Below, piece after piece: positions 63,568 to 64,000 of a stretch of DNA of 64,000 nt. This DNA comes from Candidatus Bathyarchaeia archaeon (GTDB lineage Archaea > Thermoproteota > Bathyarchaeia > Bathyarchaeales > Bathycorpusculaceae). Within the stretch, counting starts at the first letter, position 1. The number at the start of each line of letters is the position of its first letter. The position numbers and the translations under genes were made by a program. The stretch lies in contig JAWCNN010000004.1 of assembly GCA_038848525.1 (NCBI GenBank), positions 11,595 to 75,594 on the forward strand, in the 5' to 3' direction. The notes below the pieces were generated by a model. The model was not told the origin of the DNA. It saw only the letters and a list, made by a program, of their open reading frames with translations, and did not search any database.

Positions 63568-64000
63568 GTTGGAGAATTTGGTTAACGAGGTTATTATTGA
63601 GGTTAAGGGTTTAGTGAAGCATTACGGCGATGTTAAAGCTCTTGATGATGTTTCTTTTATTGTTGAAGAAGGTGAAATTTTTGGGCTTTTGGGTCCCAAC
63701 GGCGCTGGAAAAACAACTTTGATTGAGATACTTTGTGGTTTGAGAAGGTTTGATAAGGGTGAAATCACAGTTTTAGGCTTTGATTTGGCTAAAAACTCCT
63801 ATAAAATTCGCGGTTTAATTGGTTTTTGTCCCCAAGAAACTCTTTTATATGACTTGTTAAGCGTGTATGAAAACCTCGGTTTTGTTGCTTCTCTTTATTC
63901 ACTGCCTTCTAAAAAGTTTAAGGAAAGGCTGGAATTCGCTTCGAAAGCTTTAGGCGTAAATGAATTTTTAAAGAAACGGGCGAGAGAACTTTCTGGAGGC
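63568..64000 (+). CDS. ABC transporter ATP-binding protein (5' part; runs off the window)
   Basis: The open frame starts after the stop at 63532-63534, with candidate TTG starts at 63568 and 63577. Walker A motif GPNGAGKTT is present. This ORF is not in the supplied track because it has no stop in the window. Confidence 0.85.

Noticed and set aside
1-64000. CRISPR arrays, rRNA genes, transposases/IS elements, and C/D-box sRNAs in the spacers
   Set aside because: I saw no regularly spaced direct repeats, no rRNA-like sequence and no DDE or serine/tyrosine recombinase motifs. Candidate TGATGA/CTGA pairs, for example near 5740-5790, are not in the order or spacing needed for a C/D sRNA.

Overview
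This window looks like an archaeal chromosomal segment. The markers are aIF2-beta, a Thg1-like protein, DUF373, a single-OB SSB with an RGG tail, an intron-containing tRNA, ThiDN/Thi4, and Fwd/Mch genes of the H4MPT pathway. Lineage cannot be assigned from sequence alone; a TACK/Bathyarchaeia-like anaerobe is only a guess. About 68 genes are densely packed on both strands, many with Shine-Dalgarno-like sites and some with TTG starts.

Housekeeping and metabolic content:
- pyrG, cobO-like adenosyltransferase, malic enzyme, two tandem Zn-dehydrogenases, ychF, uppS, MTAP and valS.
- A 2-oxoacid dehydrogenase E1alpha/E1beta/E2 operon with no E3 gene in the window.
- A thiC-thiDN cluster behind a clear TPP riboswitch, with thi4 downstream behind its own promoter-like spacer.
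- fdhD, a RimK/MptN-like ligase, mch and fwdDBAC.
- A sulfur amino-acid cluster: MetE-like, a ParB/Srx-fold protein and cysK.

The most unusual region is 39.5-48.3 kb. Two adjacent, partly paralogous giant secreted proteins fuse a family-5 solute-binding fold to a C-terminal dockerin-like module. One also carries a beta-propeller, a CARDB domain and four B-repeats. No transporter genes lie nearby, and a 148-bp tract is perfectly identical between the two genes.

Other points of interest:
- A surface-anchored clan-CD (caspase/legumain-like) protease.
- A glycosylation-sequon-rich coiled-coil stalk protein.
- A PadR-linked 560-aa orphan with a CorA-like C-terminal 2-TM module, next to a VapBC pair.
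- A frameshift-decayed GNAT gene that includes a 16-bp tandem duplication.
- A lysine-rich insertion in FwdB.

I saw no rRNA genes, CRISPR arrays, transposases or integrases. All domain calls are by-eye motif recognition and need HMM or structure confirmation.
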